From NCBI GenBank assembly GCA_002269645.1, contig NIVC01001293.1, forward strand, positions 124,001 to 188,000: DNA of 64,000 nucleotides, given 5' to 3'. Positions 10,497 through 23,430 of the stretch are shown one piece after another; position 1 is the stretch's first letter; each line of letters opens with the position of its first letter. Both the position numbers and the translations under genes were made by a program. The stretch comes from Macrostomum lignano (taxonomy: Eukaryota). Below the pieces are notes generated by a model. That model worked only from the letters and a program-made list of their open reading frames with translations. It made no database searches and was not told the origin of the DNA.

Positions 10497-11637
10497 ACTA
10501 TCCTAGAGAAAGAGAATTAGCAAAGCAGTTGATATTAGCCTCTAATAATCTGATCTAGGTTTTTTAGGCTAAGGTTGGAAATTCAGTTGCTAGCTAGTCC
10601 TTGGGGTTCAAAATCTAGTTGCCAATGGTTATTTTTTATTGCCCATTGGGTTGGCTATTGGATTGGGTTGAATATCCAAATTCTTGAGAATGAATATTTC
10701 TAAAGTTGCATTTAAAAAGCAGATTTTTTCTCTTAACTACAAGATTACTATATATACTGCAAACAATAACAAACAAATAATTTTATTATATCAATTCATA
10801 TCCATATGGCACTTTTATTACATTTACAAAATCATTTTTTGAAATTGTTAACTAGCATAAAGAAAATAAAGTTTGGCCTCTAATGCCAAAAATCCAGTTG
10901 CCAATAAGAGTTTTAAAGGGTCAAAAAAAACTATTTGGCCCAAAAACCTAGCTTTTGATTTTTGTATTGCCTATTATTATTTTAGTATTGATAATGATAG
11001 TTTTGACTATTGATATATTATTAAATATAGGCTTATATAAAATATGTGCATTAAACCTAGCTAATTATGTAAGCTATCCTGCTTAGGCCTAGCTAAATTA
11101 TAATTATAATTTAGTTATTAAATTATATAAGATTAGTTAAAACATTTGTGCAGATTTGGCAGTTCTCAAGAACTGGCATCTTTTTTAGCAGCTTCTACTG
11201 GTCTTAGTGCAATGATAGAGATGGTGCTAGAGATGGTCTTGGCGCATATGATTTCCCCCATAAACAGGAGCCCAGCATACATACAGTGCAACTACTGGCT
11301 GACCTAGTTAATCTGGATTGATTGCAATTTAAAAACTTTATTTTAATGTGGCAAATGGTTAAACATTAATAGTATTGAAAAGTTGCATAAGCCAGGTCAA
11401 CTGAGGAATGTCATTAACACCTTTGGCAAAAAACTTAAAATTAGCCTAATAGAATCTCAAAAGCTTGCCTCATGCCAATACTATTAGCTCATGACCCCAA
11501 AAGGAATAATGAGGCAGAATTATTCATGCAATCCATTGGTCGCACACAGAATCTTTGAATTAACATCTGCATAATGCATAATAAATGCATGCAATTAAAT
11601 CACACAGAGTCCAAGTCTGTTCGAAATCTCTCTTCAG

Positions 11638-14352
11638 AATTCGCTTAAAGCGCTACTATCAGTAGGCGAGTTGGCGCACTGTCGCGCCTTAGCTGCACCA
11701 CTGGCGCGCTGGAGCAGCAGCGACAGTTCAGCTGCCCAAAATCGTCGTCAGTCGCCATCGCGCGGCAACCGTCAACGACGCCTTGCCAAGAACGCTGACA
11801 ATGCCGTTGCTATGGCCAAATCCGAGTTGAACTCATCCGAACTGTTGGCTTCGAGCGCGGAGTCTGCTTTGGACGAACTGTCCGGCATGGTGGCTTCGCC
11901 AGCTCTTGCTTCTAGAATCGATGACAAACTGGCCGCTGCCAAACGTCGGACGCGTCGTTCGGCGGCTATTCGGGCCGCTGCAACTCGGTACCTGCCGGCG
12001 CTCGCTGCCGGGGAGGCCTCCGTGCTGCTCTACTGCGCTAGGAGGCAGGCCGTGCTGCTGCATCGATCCGATCCTGAGGTTTGTGTCTTCTTTGTGTCTG
12101 CAGCCTGGTTTGGGGTATCTTTGCTGCATGTGTTTGGGGTATCTTTGCTGCATGAGTTTGGGGTATTTTGCTGCATGTGTTTGAGGTATTTTTGCTGTCT
12201 GTTTTGGGGTATTTTGCTGCATGTGTTTGAGGTATTTTTGCTGTCTGTTTTGGGGTATTGTGCTGCATGTGTTTGAGGTATTTTTGCTGTCTGTTTTGGG
12301 GTATTGTGCTGCATGTGTTTGAGGTATTTTTGCTGTCTGTTTTGGGGTATTTGCTGCCTGTTTTGGGGTATTTTTGCTGCCTGTTTAGGGGTATTTTTGC
12401 TGCCTGTTTAGGGGTATTTTGCTGCCTGTTTTGGGGTATTTTTGCTGCCTATTTTGGGGTATTTTGCTGCCTGTTTAGGGGTATTTTGCTGCCTGTTTTG
12501 GGGTATTTGCTGCCTGTTTTGGGGTATTTTTGCTGCATGTGTTTGGGGTATTTTTGCTGTCTGTTTTGGGGTATTTGCTGCCTGTTTTGGGGTATTTTTG
12601 CTGCCTGTTTAGGGGTATTTTTGCTGCCTGTTTAGGGGTATTTTGCTGCCTGTTTTGGGGTATTTTTGCTGCCTATTTTGGGGTATTTTGCTGCCTGTTT
12701 AGGGGTATTTTGCTGCCTGTTTTGGGGTATTTGCTGCCTGTTTTGGGGTATTTTTGCTGCATGTGTTTGGGGTATTTTTGCTGCATGTGTTTGGGGTATT
12801 TTTGCTACCTGTTTAGGGGTATTTGGCTGTCTGTTCAAGGTTATTTTTGCAGTCTGTTTAGGGATATTTTACTGCCTGTTCAAGGGTATTTTCTGTTGAT
12901 AACAATGTCTTATTTCCTGCTGTTGATACTGAGGTCGGTTACTTTAGGCTAATGTATGTTATCTTAAATTACGCTTATGCAGTAAAACAAAGCATAAAAA
13001 GCCGGCAACATGCACCGCTCTGCCACTCCAACCCGCAGACGTGGCACCCGGCCTCCCTATCCCAAGCTTTTCCCCTAACCGAGGCCGCCGCCCGTCGCCT
13101 GCTTGCTGACTTTGTTGAACTGCGCTGGCCGGCTGACATTCAACGCTCCGACAATCAGATTCGGCTGCGAGTTTGGCCTCTGCTCGAACGGCCGTTGGAT
13201 GCCTCGAGATCCGGTCTGGCCTGGCTAAGAGAAGATGCCAGCAAACTGGGCCTGCTGCAGTTCTCTGCCGGCAATCCCGATCTGGCTTATTATTGTCACG
13301 AAGATGACGCAAATGCATCGAAACAGGAAAATCCCCAATCGCCGCTGCGTATGGGCGGAGAGGCCGGCCAGATGGAACGATTGGTGGCCGGATTTTACTG
13401 CGACGAGAATGGCTTTCTGGCTCAGGTGTGCAAATGCTTTGCCGATGTTGTATAAATAACTTTATAGAGCTGCATTTTTCATTGTGTAAATGCTTAGTTT
13501 GCCGATATGTTTTGTAAGTTACTTTACAAAGCTGAATATGTCTTCAACTCTTCATTATTTAAATGAATGTTTGCCGATATGTTGTGTAAATAACTTTACA
13601 AAGACAAATACGCATTCATTGCGTAAATAAATGCTAATTGCCGATGTGTTGTGTAAATAACTTTACAAATCTAAATACGTCTTCATTGTGTTCAAAATGA
13701 ATTCTTGCCGATATGTTGTGTAAATAACTTTACAAAGGCAAATACGCATTCATTGCGTAAATGAATGCTAATTGCCGATGTGTTGTGTAAATAACTTTAC
13801 AAATCTAAATACGTCTTCATTGTGTTCAAAATGAATTCTTGCCGATATGTTGTGTAAATAACTTTACAGAGCTGAATGCGTCTTCATTGTGTTCAAAATG
13901 AATTTTTGCCGATATGTTGTGTAAATAACTTTACAGAGTTGAATACGTCTTCATTGTGTTTAAAATGAATTTTTGCCGATATGTTGTGTAAATAACTTTA
14001 CAGAGCTGAATGCGTCTTCATTGTGTTCAAAATGAATTTTTGCCGATATGTTGTGTAAATAACTTTACAGAGCTGAATACGTCTTCATTGTGTAAATGAA
14101 TGCTAATTGCCCATTTGTTGTGTAAATTACTTTAAATTAAAAGGCCGCTGTGTCGTTTCCAATTCCCACTCGCAGGCTGAAGCAGCCCTGGCCTCGTCTC
14201 GGACGGATCTGGAAGCCGCTCGACAGGAGCTGTCGCTATTGGTGGCCAAACTGAGTCAGCGGAAGGCGGACTCGCCTGAATCGGAGAGATATCAATTCAA
14301 AAGGCGTTTGGAAGGATTTGACTTTAGCGAAAAGTTTATTTATGACAAATGA
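11638..14352 (+). CDS. Neugrin-like mitochondrial protein, paralog 1 (exons 11638-12078, 13039-13425, 14176-14352); no in-frame ATG at the start of exon 1
   Basis: All phase-0 GT-AG junctions. Splicing yields RQAVLLHRSDPE|TWHPASLSQAFPLTEAAARRLL, resembling the neugrin motif IRYLH..PE.W....LA..F.VS...IRR.L. N-terminus resembles a mitochondrial transit peptide. Confidence 0.65.
12110..12895. repeat. ~20-23-bp minisatellite in intron 1 of neugrin-like 1
   Basis: Tandem ttttggggtattttgctgcctg variants. Confidence 0.9.
13440..14130. repeat. ~60-bp minisatellite in intron 2 of neugrin-like 1
   Basis: About 11 copies of gccgatatgttgtgtaaataactttaca...tcttcattgtg...aatgaat. Confidence 0.9.
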
Positions 14353-14619
14353 AATTGGCCTAGTGTCTGCCTAGGTTTTTATGTATGATGTGCGTTTCAA
14401 CCAGTTAGCTTTTCTTTGTGTAATTTAGTGAACTCTGATAAATAACACCAACTGTTCCTCAATGTTACCATTTAGCTCCAAAACTTTACGGGGTTCCAGT
14501 TTTTTTTGTAGTTTAAGTGTTACAAATTGCTTGCTTGTGATTATAAAGTAGATAGATTTGCAGAACTAGACTTGATAGGTAGATTGATTAACGAACGGAG
14601 ACTTATGAACTAGATAATA

Positions 14620-15300
14620 GACCAGCGAAGTAGACTCAAGAAGTAGATAACAGACCAGCGAAGTAGACTCGAGAAGTAGATAACAGACCAGCGAAGTAGA
14701 CTCGAGTAGTAGATTACAGACCAGCGAAGTAGACTCGAGAAGTAGATAACAGACCAGCGGAAGTAGACTCGAGAAGTAGATAGCAGATCAGCTGAAGTAG
14801 ACTCGAGAAGTAGATAACAGATCAGCTGAAGTAGACTCGAGAAGTAGATAACAGATCAGCTGAAGTAGACTCGAGTAGTAGATTACAGACCAGCGAAGTA
14901 GACTCGAGAAGTAGATAACAGACCAGCGGAAGTAGACTCGAGAAGTAGATAACAGACCAGCTGAAGTAGACTCGAGAAGTAGATAACAGACCAGCTGAAG
15001 TAGACTCGAGAAGTAGATAACAGACCAGCTGAAGTAGACTCGAGAAGTAGATTACAGACCAGCGAAGTAGACTCGAGAAGTACATAACAGATCAGCTGAA
15101 GTAGACTCGAGAAGTAGATAACAGACCAGCTGAAGTAGACTCGAGAAGTAGATAACAGACCAGCTGAAGTAGACTCGAGAAGTAGATAACAGACCAGCTG
15201 AAGTAGACTCGAGAAGTAGATTACAGACCAGCGAAGTAGACTCGAGAAGTACATAACAGATCAGCTGAAGTAGACTCGAGAAGTAGATAACAGACCAGCG
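14620..15300. repeat. ~30-bp minisatellite
   Basis: Tandem gaagtagactcgagaagtagataacagaccagct variants. Confidence 0.92.
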
Positions 15301-15461
15301 AATCTGAGAATGCTTGATCAGACTTGAGAAATAGATAGATATATCACTGTTAGTTGACATATACTTCAGGTAAGTTTTGTTTCTGAATGAATCTTTCAAT
15401 ATTAAGAAAATAGTTTTTTATTGTCATTCCATTCCAGTTGTCTCAGCCCCTTCAATCAGCT

Positions 15462-17816
15462 ATGCGCGGTGTACTCTCCGCGCAATTGTCCTGCAGGACT
15501 TCAACAGCTTCAACACTTTGGCTGATTCACCAGCCTTCAAGAACTCTCTGCGTCGGCACTACTGATCACACTCAGTCAACTTCGTCTGCGCGAGATGCAA
15601 AATCTTACAAAAAGTATTCGAGTTTTATCAAATCAGAGCCCGCTCGCAAGCAGCTTTGCGTACTGACCCTGGGTGCCAAGTATCAGATACTACTGCTGAA
15701 CAGTACTAAATCGCCGGAGTTCACTGCTCGGAAATTGGCGAGACAGTTTCCTATTAGCGAGCAGGTGAGATAGTTTAGAGTCACTGAAAAGTTTAAGAGT
15801 GGTGATCAGTCACTCAAAAACTTCCACTTCTAGACACTGTGGGGAACAAGTGCCTGGGTATATGCAAAATCAAATAACTCTTACTGCAGCGGATCCTTTA
15901 GTGGCTTGTTGACATCTTGGTTTGGCTTAGGTGACTCGTTGCCTCCGGGAGTCCTCGACTTTTATCTGTGGGTCGACCAAAACGAGAGCGAATCAGAACT
16001 TCTTGACGGTCCTCGAGCTCGGAATTAACAATAGAACGTGCGCCCTAATGAACAATTGAATTCTCTAAGTTTCTGTGATAGGTCCTCCTGAAGGGTGGCT
16101 TCTTCGTTACGTCCGAAACGTAACGGATAACTCAATTAAATCAATAAATCCTCTAGGAATATCCTAGGAAACAAGGAGGCCTTTCTCAAATGTATCGACA
16201 ATGAACTGCTCTCGTATAACTCAATTAACCAACTTATTAACGCTAACAATCAAAGAACTCAATCCGGTAAACGCTTACCAATTGAACAAGTGTGGTCCCT
16301 CAGAGATTGGTCTTCTTCTTGTTCCTTCAGAGTCTTCTTAGAGACCGCTCTGAGTCTGAATTTTCGACTCGAATTTTCACTTATATGTATAGCAAAATTT
16401 TGGAGAAAAACCGGTTTGGGATTGTGTATTTACTTAGGTCAAAAATGTTTGATTAAGAGGTCATGCATGTTTGAACATTACCATATATGGAGTTAAACAA
16501 ATACAGCTGTTGAAATCCGGTTCCTTGATCAAACAATGTTAGATCCACGTGGGGCTCCAAATCACTCTGTTTACGCATGATTCCTAAAATAGATATGACT
16601 CATTCTAGAATAATTTGACTCTCTTAGAATATTACTCCAAGTAGAGCATTACGGTATGGTTTAATAACTCTCTACATCACGTGATTTTTTATCCTAGAAG
16701 GTCCACACCTTAGAGTGCTTAAGAGTGCTTCAATCTTAGAGTCCAGATCTCGAAGCTTAGAGTCCAGATCTCGAAGCTTAGAGTCCAGATCTCGAAGCTT
16801 AGAGTCCAGATCTCGAAGCTTAGAGTCCAGATCTCGAAGCTTAGAGTTCAGATCTCGAAGCTTAGAGTTCAGATCTCGAAGCTTAGAGTTCAGATCTCGA
16901 AGCTTAGAGTTCAGATCTCGAAGCTTAGAGTTCAGATCTCGAAGCTTAGAGCTCAGACTTAGAAGCTTAGAGTCCACACCTTGAAGCTTAGAGTCCAGAT
17001 CTTGAAGCTTAGAGTCCAGATCTCGAAGCTTAGAGTTCAGATCTCGAAGCTTAGAGTTCAGACTTAGAAGCTTAGAGTCCACACCTCGAAGCTTAGAGTT
17101 CAGGCTTAGAAGCTTAGAGTCCAGATCTCGAAGCTTAGAGTTCAGACCTTGAAGCTTAGAGTCCAGATCTCGAAGCTTAGAGTCCAGATCTCGAAGCTTA
17201 GAGTTCAGACCTTGAAGCTTAGAGTTCAGGCCTTGAAGCTTAGAGTTCAGGCCTTGAAGCTTAGAGTCCAGATCTCGAAGCTTAGAGTTCAGATCTCGAA
17301 GCTTAGAGTTCAGATCTCGAAGCTTAGAGTTCAGATCTCGAAGCTTAGAGTTGAGATCTCGAAGTTTAGAATTCAGATCATTCGTGCTTAGAATCCTGAC
17401 CAAAGAAATTGGAATTTTTATTGGTTCTAAGCAGACCACTTGATTTCCTTTCCCAACCTCATTCTCTCCCTACTCCGCCGCAGTCCTGCGCCAGTCTGCT
17501 GTCCTCCCTGCGCCAGAGGGAGCTGTCCCAGATGCTGTCCGACGCCAAACTGGTGGCCGATCACGACCTCATTGTCCGTCGCCGTTGGCGCTCAATCTGC
17601 CAGATGCTCCGTTCTAATCGGCGATTCTTAATTGGCTACAGGTGGCTGCAGGTGCTGGACAAGCTGCCGCTGATGCAGAACGCCTGCGGCCTGCACGAGC
17701 TGCCCGGCTACTCGGCTCCTGGCGACGACTGCCTGGCAGAGCTGGCGCGGCTCATGAACGAGTGGCGCCTGGCTCAGGAGAGAAGGCAGTTGGAGAGGCA
17801 GACAGCTGATTTATGA
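15462..17816 (+). CDS. Neugrin-like mitochondrial protein, paralog 2 (exons 15462-15764, 17484-17816)
   Basis: LTLGAKYQILLLNSTKSPEFTARKLARQFPISEQ matches the neugrin core pattern. Phase-0 intron 15765-17483. Arg/Ser-rich transit-like N-terminus MRGVLSAQLSCR. Confidence 0.65.
16735..17385. repeat. 21-bp minisatellite in the intron of neugrin-like 2
   Basis: About 30 copies of agatctcgaagcttagagt(t/c)c; the minus strand reads LRDLNSK heptads. Confidence 0.92.
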
Positions 17817-17817
17817 C

Positions 17818-18590
17818 CCACGAATGTACACTCCTGACCAGCCCCCACCCCCCAGTCACAATGTACACTCCTGACCAGCCCCCACCCCCCAGTCACAATG
17901 TACACTCCTGACCAGCCCCCACCCCCAGTCACAATGTACACTCCTGACCAACCAACCCCCATCCCCCAGTCACAATGTACACTCCTGACCAGCCCCCACC
18001 CCCCAGTCACAATGTACACTCCTGACCAACCAGCCCCCATCCTTCCCCCCCAGTCACAATGTACACTCCTGATCAGCCCTCATCCCCCAGTCACAATGTA
18101 CACTCCTGACCAGCCCCCACCCCCCTTGTGACAATGTACACTCCTGAACAACCAGCCCCCATCCCCCAGTCACAATGTACACTCCTGACCAACCAGTCCC
18201 CATCCCCCCAGTCACAATGTACACTCCTGTCAAGCCCCCACCCCAGTCACAATGTACACTCCTGACCAGCCCTCACCCCCCAGTCACAATCTACACTCCT
18301 GACAAGCCCCCACCCCCCCAGTCACAATGTACACTCCTGACCAGCCAGCCCCCATCCCCCCAGTCACAATGTACACTCCTGACCAACCCCCACCCCAGTC
18401 ACAATGTACACTCCTGACCAACCAACCCCCATCTCCCCAGTCACAATGTACACTCCTGACCAACCAACCCCCATCCCCCCAGTCACAATGTACACTCCTG
18501 ACCAACCAACCCCCATCCCCCAGTCACAATGTACACTCCTGACCAACCAACCCCCATCCCCCCAGTCACAATGTACACTCCTGACGAACC
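17818..18590. repeat. ~33-37-bp C-rich minisatellite
   Basis: Tandem cccagtcacaatgtacactcctgaccagcccccacc variants. Confidence 0.92.
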
Positions 18591-19384
18591 CCCTTTTTAC
18601 CTCTAAGCAAGGTTAATTTTAGGTGGCAACATCATAGTGACAAAATTATTGTTTTGATCAACCTGTAGTTTTTGCTATACTATTCAGAAACAGCATTGGC
18701 ATGTTGTTCATTGTTGCACTGTTTTTTTGTCATTTGTGCAAGCGCATTTTCCTTTCATCATCTAGCACTGGTTACTATGCAAATGTAAATTGGCAACTGA
18801 CTACTAATTGAGTATTGTGCAGTAGTAAGTAATGGTTTTGCTCATTAACAGCATTTCAGATTGTATTTTTGCATATTGTAAATCACGCCCCCCCCCCCGA
18901 TTACATTCAATCAGTGTTAATTGATTCAATAAATTGAATTGTCTTGATAAAACAAAGATATTCGCTTTACATTGGTACCGAGTTACAAATTAGGGCAGTA
19001 AATTTTCAGCATTAATTATTCAATTTGCAAACCGTCGCCTTCAAAATCATCTTTGATCGGGAACCTGAATTGAGTTTCCTGAAGGAGGCGAACGAAACTA
19101 TTTCAAGCCAAGAGGTGACTTGGTGATGACAATGGTGCATACAAAGGTGTTGGAGAACGATTTTCGAATTTTGAATTAGGATATTAAACATCTAAGCACC
19201 TGATATTGAACATCTATTTTTGTGAAACTTATGTATAGCTGCATGTGCCACTGGGGGGACAGGGGGGCATGTCCCCCCCAGTAAAAGCTATGGGGGACAT
19301 GCCAATGCTTTGTCCCCCCCACCCACAAACAATTGTGACCCGTTAGGAAAATAAAAAAAATTGCTTCAGGGCTCCAAAATGAGA

Positions 19385-19600
19385 GCCTACAGCGCCAGAG
19401 TGCCTGCGGCGCCGAAATGAGTGCCTGTGGCGCTAAAATGAGTGCCTGCGGCGCTGAAATGAGTGCCTGTGGCGCTGAAATGAGTGCCTGTGGCGCTAAA
19501 ATGAGTGCCTGTGGCGCTAAAATGAGTGCCTGTGGCGCTAAAATGAGTGCCTGCGGCGCTAAAATGAGTGCCTGTGGCGCTAAAATGAGTGCTTGCAAAA
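19385..19600. repeat. 21-bp tandem repeat
   Basis: About 9 copies of ggcgctaaaatgagtgcctgt. Confidence 0.9.
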
Positions 19601-20177
19601 CGCATTCTACCAGCACCATCGGATTTCCCGATATTTTTTAAACACCCTTCGTAGCTTTCCTTGCCTAAAATTCCTTAGGCGTGGGCAAACCCTTGAAAGT
19701 GCGCACTTTTCAGGTTTATAGGTTTCTGAACTAGATATAGACACAGATTGCCTTCTGTCTAGCTGTGTCTTCTCTGTCGCGCAGACTGTCCTTGTCAAAT
19801 TTGATTTTGATGGAGAGAAACTGAAGGGTTGCCAAATCCGGGCGAAAGAACGGGCAGGGAAGAAGCAAAGTGGAAAGCAGAAAACTTTTTTGATTAATCC
19901 TTCGCGTTCGAAAAGCATAAACCTCTTTTTGTCCTCCCATTCTCTCTCTAGCTGCCCTGCAGCCATGGTAGCGCGGCTTCCTTTTGGCGCTTTTCAAGGT
20001 TTGTCCAGCTGGATGTTATAATCCTTGAACCTGACAGGTCTCCGCCATCAAGCGCACACAGAAAAACTTCTTTCATGGGGCAAATAAAGCAGGGCGAGCT
20101 TTCAAATTTCTGCATTTCTTCTCATTTCGCATCGACAAGCCCCATCCGCAAAAGAACACAGAATTGAAACACAAGAT

Positions 20178-21871
20178 ATGTCTTCACCAACCGGAAGCAA
20201 TCTGTCTCCGTTATTGCTGTTGCTGCTTCTGCAGGCCCTACTAATCGGTTTGACTTGCTGCACAGCCGAGGACCCTGGGCGGCAGACGCCGGCCGCCTCG
20301 AACGTTCAACAATCGTCAAAGCACCAATTCGGAAGCGATCTGATTGCAGGTGATTTCGGAATTCAACTAGGTGGCTCATTTAAATTAACAAATAATATTC
20401 AAGACTTTGCCTTTCTGAGTGGCGCATTCCTGTATAGCATAAAAGCATAATTTTATCTCAAATTACAGCTCTAGTAATTAGTCGACCCTGAACCAGGAAG
20501 GCCTGCAGTCATATCCATTCTTAGAACCTATAGATAGAGACAAATCTTTTTTAGTATAGTGGACTAGCAACCTGCGCCCCCCGTTGGGGAGGCCGCAATA
20601 ATTAAGAAAGGAATGATTTTTTTAATAAACTACATCATGGTTTTGCCCTTGTACATGTAGCTCGTGCAGTCACTATAAAAAGCACCCGCTCGGAAAGCCA
20701 ACTCATATCTAGCCTATGAGCTTTGGCTCAAAGCATCTGAGCAACCCACATGCGCCAGAGCATTTCGGAAACTCCTCTATGAGCCTTGACATCTCAGCGA
20801 TTCACCCATGAGTCTTTCATTTCATAATTGAACCATTACCCTGCCGAGAGTCGCAGCATTTCAGCAATTCCTCCTGAGTCTTGGCTTATCAGCAATTTCC
20901 CATGAGCATTGCATGAGCCATAGAACTTCAGAAATCCCCCATGAGCCACAGCATTTCAGCAATTGTCCCTATGAACCTTAACATTGCATGAATTCTTTCT
21001 GAGCCTAAGAATTTCACCATGATCGCCTTTGACTTCTTAGCAATTCACAATCCTCGAAGATCACAATCCTCTTTATACATAATAAACTATAACTCAGAGT
21101 TTGCATGTGTTATAACGAACATTTTAAACCCCCACCACTGCGGCCCAGACAATGACACCCTGACGTGCCACCAGTGCCGGGCCTCCTACCTGCCAGGCGT
21201 GTCGCTGTTCAAGTGCATCGCCATCGCCGGCCGCAGCACCTGCACGATGCCTCGGGGCGCTGGAAAATGCGCCAGACAGACCCAGGTCCAGTACTCGCGG
21301 GGTGAGTTGATGAGAGTTACTGTGCGTGGTACAATTGTTTGAATTTGAATTAACGCGATTTTTCATACTCTTTTAAACTACTGACTTTTGCAGTAGCATG
21401 TAAACTTTAATTAATTCATTGGTTCTATTAATAGATGAGGTCCTCCAATTGTCACTGACAGTCCATTGTCACTGACAGTCAACTTGTCACTGAGAGTGAA
21501 ATTGTCACTGACAGTCAATTGTCACTGACAGTCAAATTGTCACTGAGAGTCAAATGTCACTGAGAGTCAATTGTCACTGACAGTCAAAAACTGCACTTTC
21601 AGAAATCGGTGCCTACGTGCACACGGTGCTGAGAATCTGCTACACAGTTGAGGACAGCATCGCTTTCAACCGCAGCACATGGCTGGATGACTCCGACGGC
21701 TGCAGAATGGTTAAAAATCCTGTCGGCTACAGTGCTGAGTACTGCTTCTGCTCTGTGGATCTGTGCAACAGAACAACTGGAGGTCCGGACTCGAAACTTG
21801 CTTGGCTAGCCGCCTGCGGATCAGCGGCCGCTGCTGTTGCTATGGTCTGGGAGGCTTTTGGAAGTTTCTAA
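20178..21871 (+). CDS. Ly6/uPAR three-finger (quiver/sleepless-like) GPI-anchored protein (exons 20178-20349, 21149-21301, 21603-21871)
   Basis: Signal peptide, two consistent phase-1 introns, 10 Cys from LTCHQC to YCFCSVDLCN, and a hydrophobic C-terminal GPI-type tail. Confidence 0.85.
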
Positions 21872-22039
21872 TTGATTGCGCTGGATGAGTGCATTGGAGA
21901 GCTGAGATCGCTGACTCACGGCTTATCGACTCAATTATTAATGTCAGATTACCCTTAGTATCCATCGCGAATTAACTTATTAACTTAATTCTGTATCATT
22001 GTGTACTTGCACATGGGCAGCAGGAGTCACCCCACTTGT

Positions 22040-23430
22040 AGGGTGTCCACTTGTAGACTGGGGTGTCCACTTGTAGACTGGGGTGTCCACTTGTAGACTG
22101 GGGTGTCCACTTGTAGACTGGGGTGTCCACTTGTAGACTGGGGTGTCCACTTGTAGACTGGGGTGTCCACTTGTAGACTGGGGTGTCCACTTGTAGACTG
22201 GGGTGTCCACTTGTAGACTGGGGTGTCCACTTGTAGACTGGGGGGTCCACTTGTAGACTGGGGTGTCCACTTGTAGACTGGGGTGTCCACTTGTAGACTG
22301 GGGTGTCCACTTGTAGACTGGGGTGTCCACTTGTAGACTGAGGGGTCCCTTTGTAGACTTGGGTGTCCACTTGTAGACTGGGGTGTCCACTTGTAGATTG
22401 AAGGGTCCATTTGTAGACTGGGGTGTCCACTTGTAGACTGGGGTGTCCACTTGTAGACTGGGGTGTCCACTTGTAGACCGGGGTGTCCACTTGTAGACTG
22501 GGGTGTCCACTTGTAGACTGAGGGGTCCACTTGTAGACTGGGGTGTCCACTTGTAGACTGGGGTGTCCACTTGTAGACTGGGGTGTCCACTTGTAGACTG
22601 GGGTGTCCACTTGTAGACTGGGGGGTCCACTTGTAGACTGGGGTGTCCACTTGTAGACTGGGGTGTCCACTTGTAGACTGGGGTGTCCACTTGTAGACTG
22701 GGGTGTCCACTTGTAGACTGAGGGGTCCCTTTGTAGACTAGGGTGTCCACTTGTAGACTGGGGTGTCCACTTGTAGATTGAGGGGTCCATTTGTAGACTG
22801 GGGTGTCCACTTGTAGACTGGGGTGTCCACTTGTAGACTGGGGTGTCCACTTGTAGACTGGGGGGTCCCTTTGTAGACTAGGGTGTCCACTTGTAGACTG
22901 AGGGGTCCCTTTGTAGACTAGGGTGTCCACTTGCAAACTGGCCGGGTGTCCACTTGTAGACTGGGGTGTCCACTTGTAGACTGGGGTGTCCACTTGTAGA
23001 CTGGGGTGTCCACTTGTAGACTGGGGTGTCCACTTGTAGACTGGGGTGTCCACTTGTAGACTGGGGTGTCCACTTGTAGACTGAGGGGTCCCTTTGTAGA
23101 CTAGGGTGTCCACTTGTAGACTGGGGTGTCCACTTGTAGATTGAGGGGTCCATTTGTAGACTGGGGTGTCCACTTGTAGACTGAGGGGTCCATTTGTAGA
23201 CTGCGGTGTCCACTTGTAGACTGAGGGATCCATTTGTAGACTGGGGTGTCCACTTGTAGACTGAGGGGTCCATTTGTAGACTGCGGTGTCCACTTGTAGA
23301 CTGAGGGGTCCATTTGTAGACTGCGGTGTCCACTTGTAGACTGGGGTGTCCACTTGTAGACTGGGGTGTCCACTTGTAGACTGGGGTGTCCACTTGTAGA
23401 CTGGGGTGTCCACTTGTAGACTGCGGTGTC
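22040..23430. repeat. 20-bp minisatellite (~70 copies)
   Basis: Tandem cacttgtagactggggtgtc. Confidence 0.97.

Noticed and set aside
11608-11660. PSLFEISLQNSL resembling the PEX12 N-terminus
   Set aside because: The downstream sequence is neugrin-like, and the match overlaps a polypyrimidine acceptor.
13440-14130. Regular arrays (also 45690-46600) superficially like CRISPR
   Set aside because: Pure tandem repeats without unique spacers, no cas genes, eukaryotic context.
16081-16126. Hammerhead-like CTGAAG...CGAAACGTA with a CGTTACG/CGTAACG hairpin
   Set aside because: Core A9 is missing and stems I and II cannot form in the required topology.
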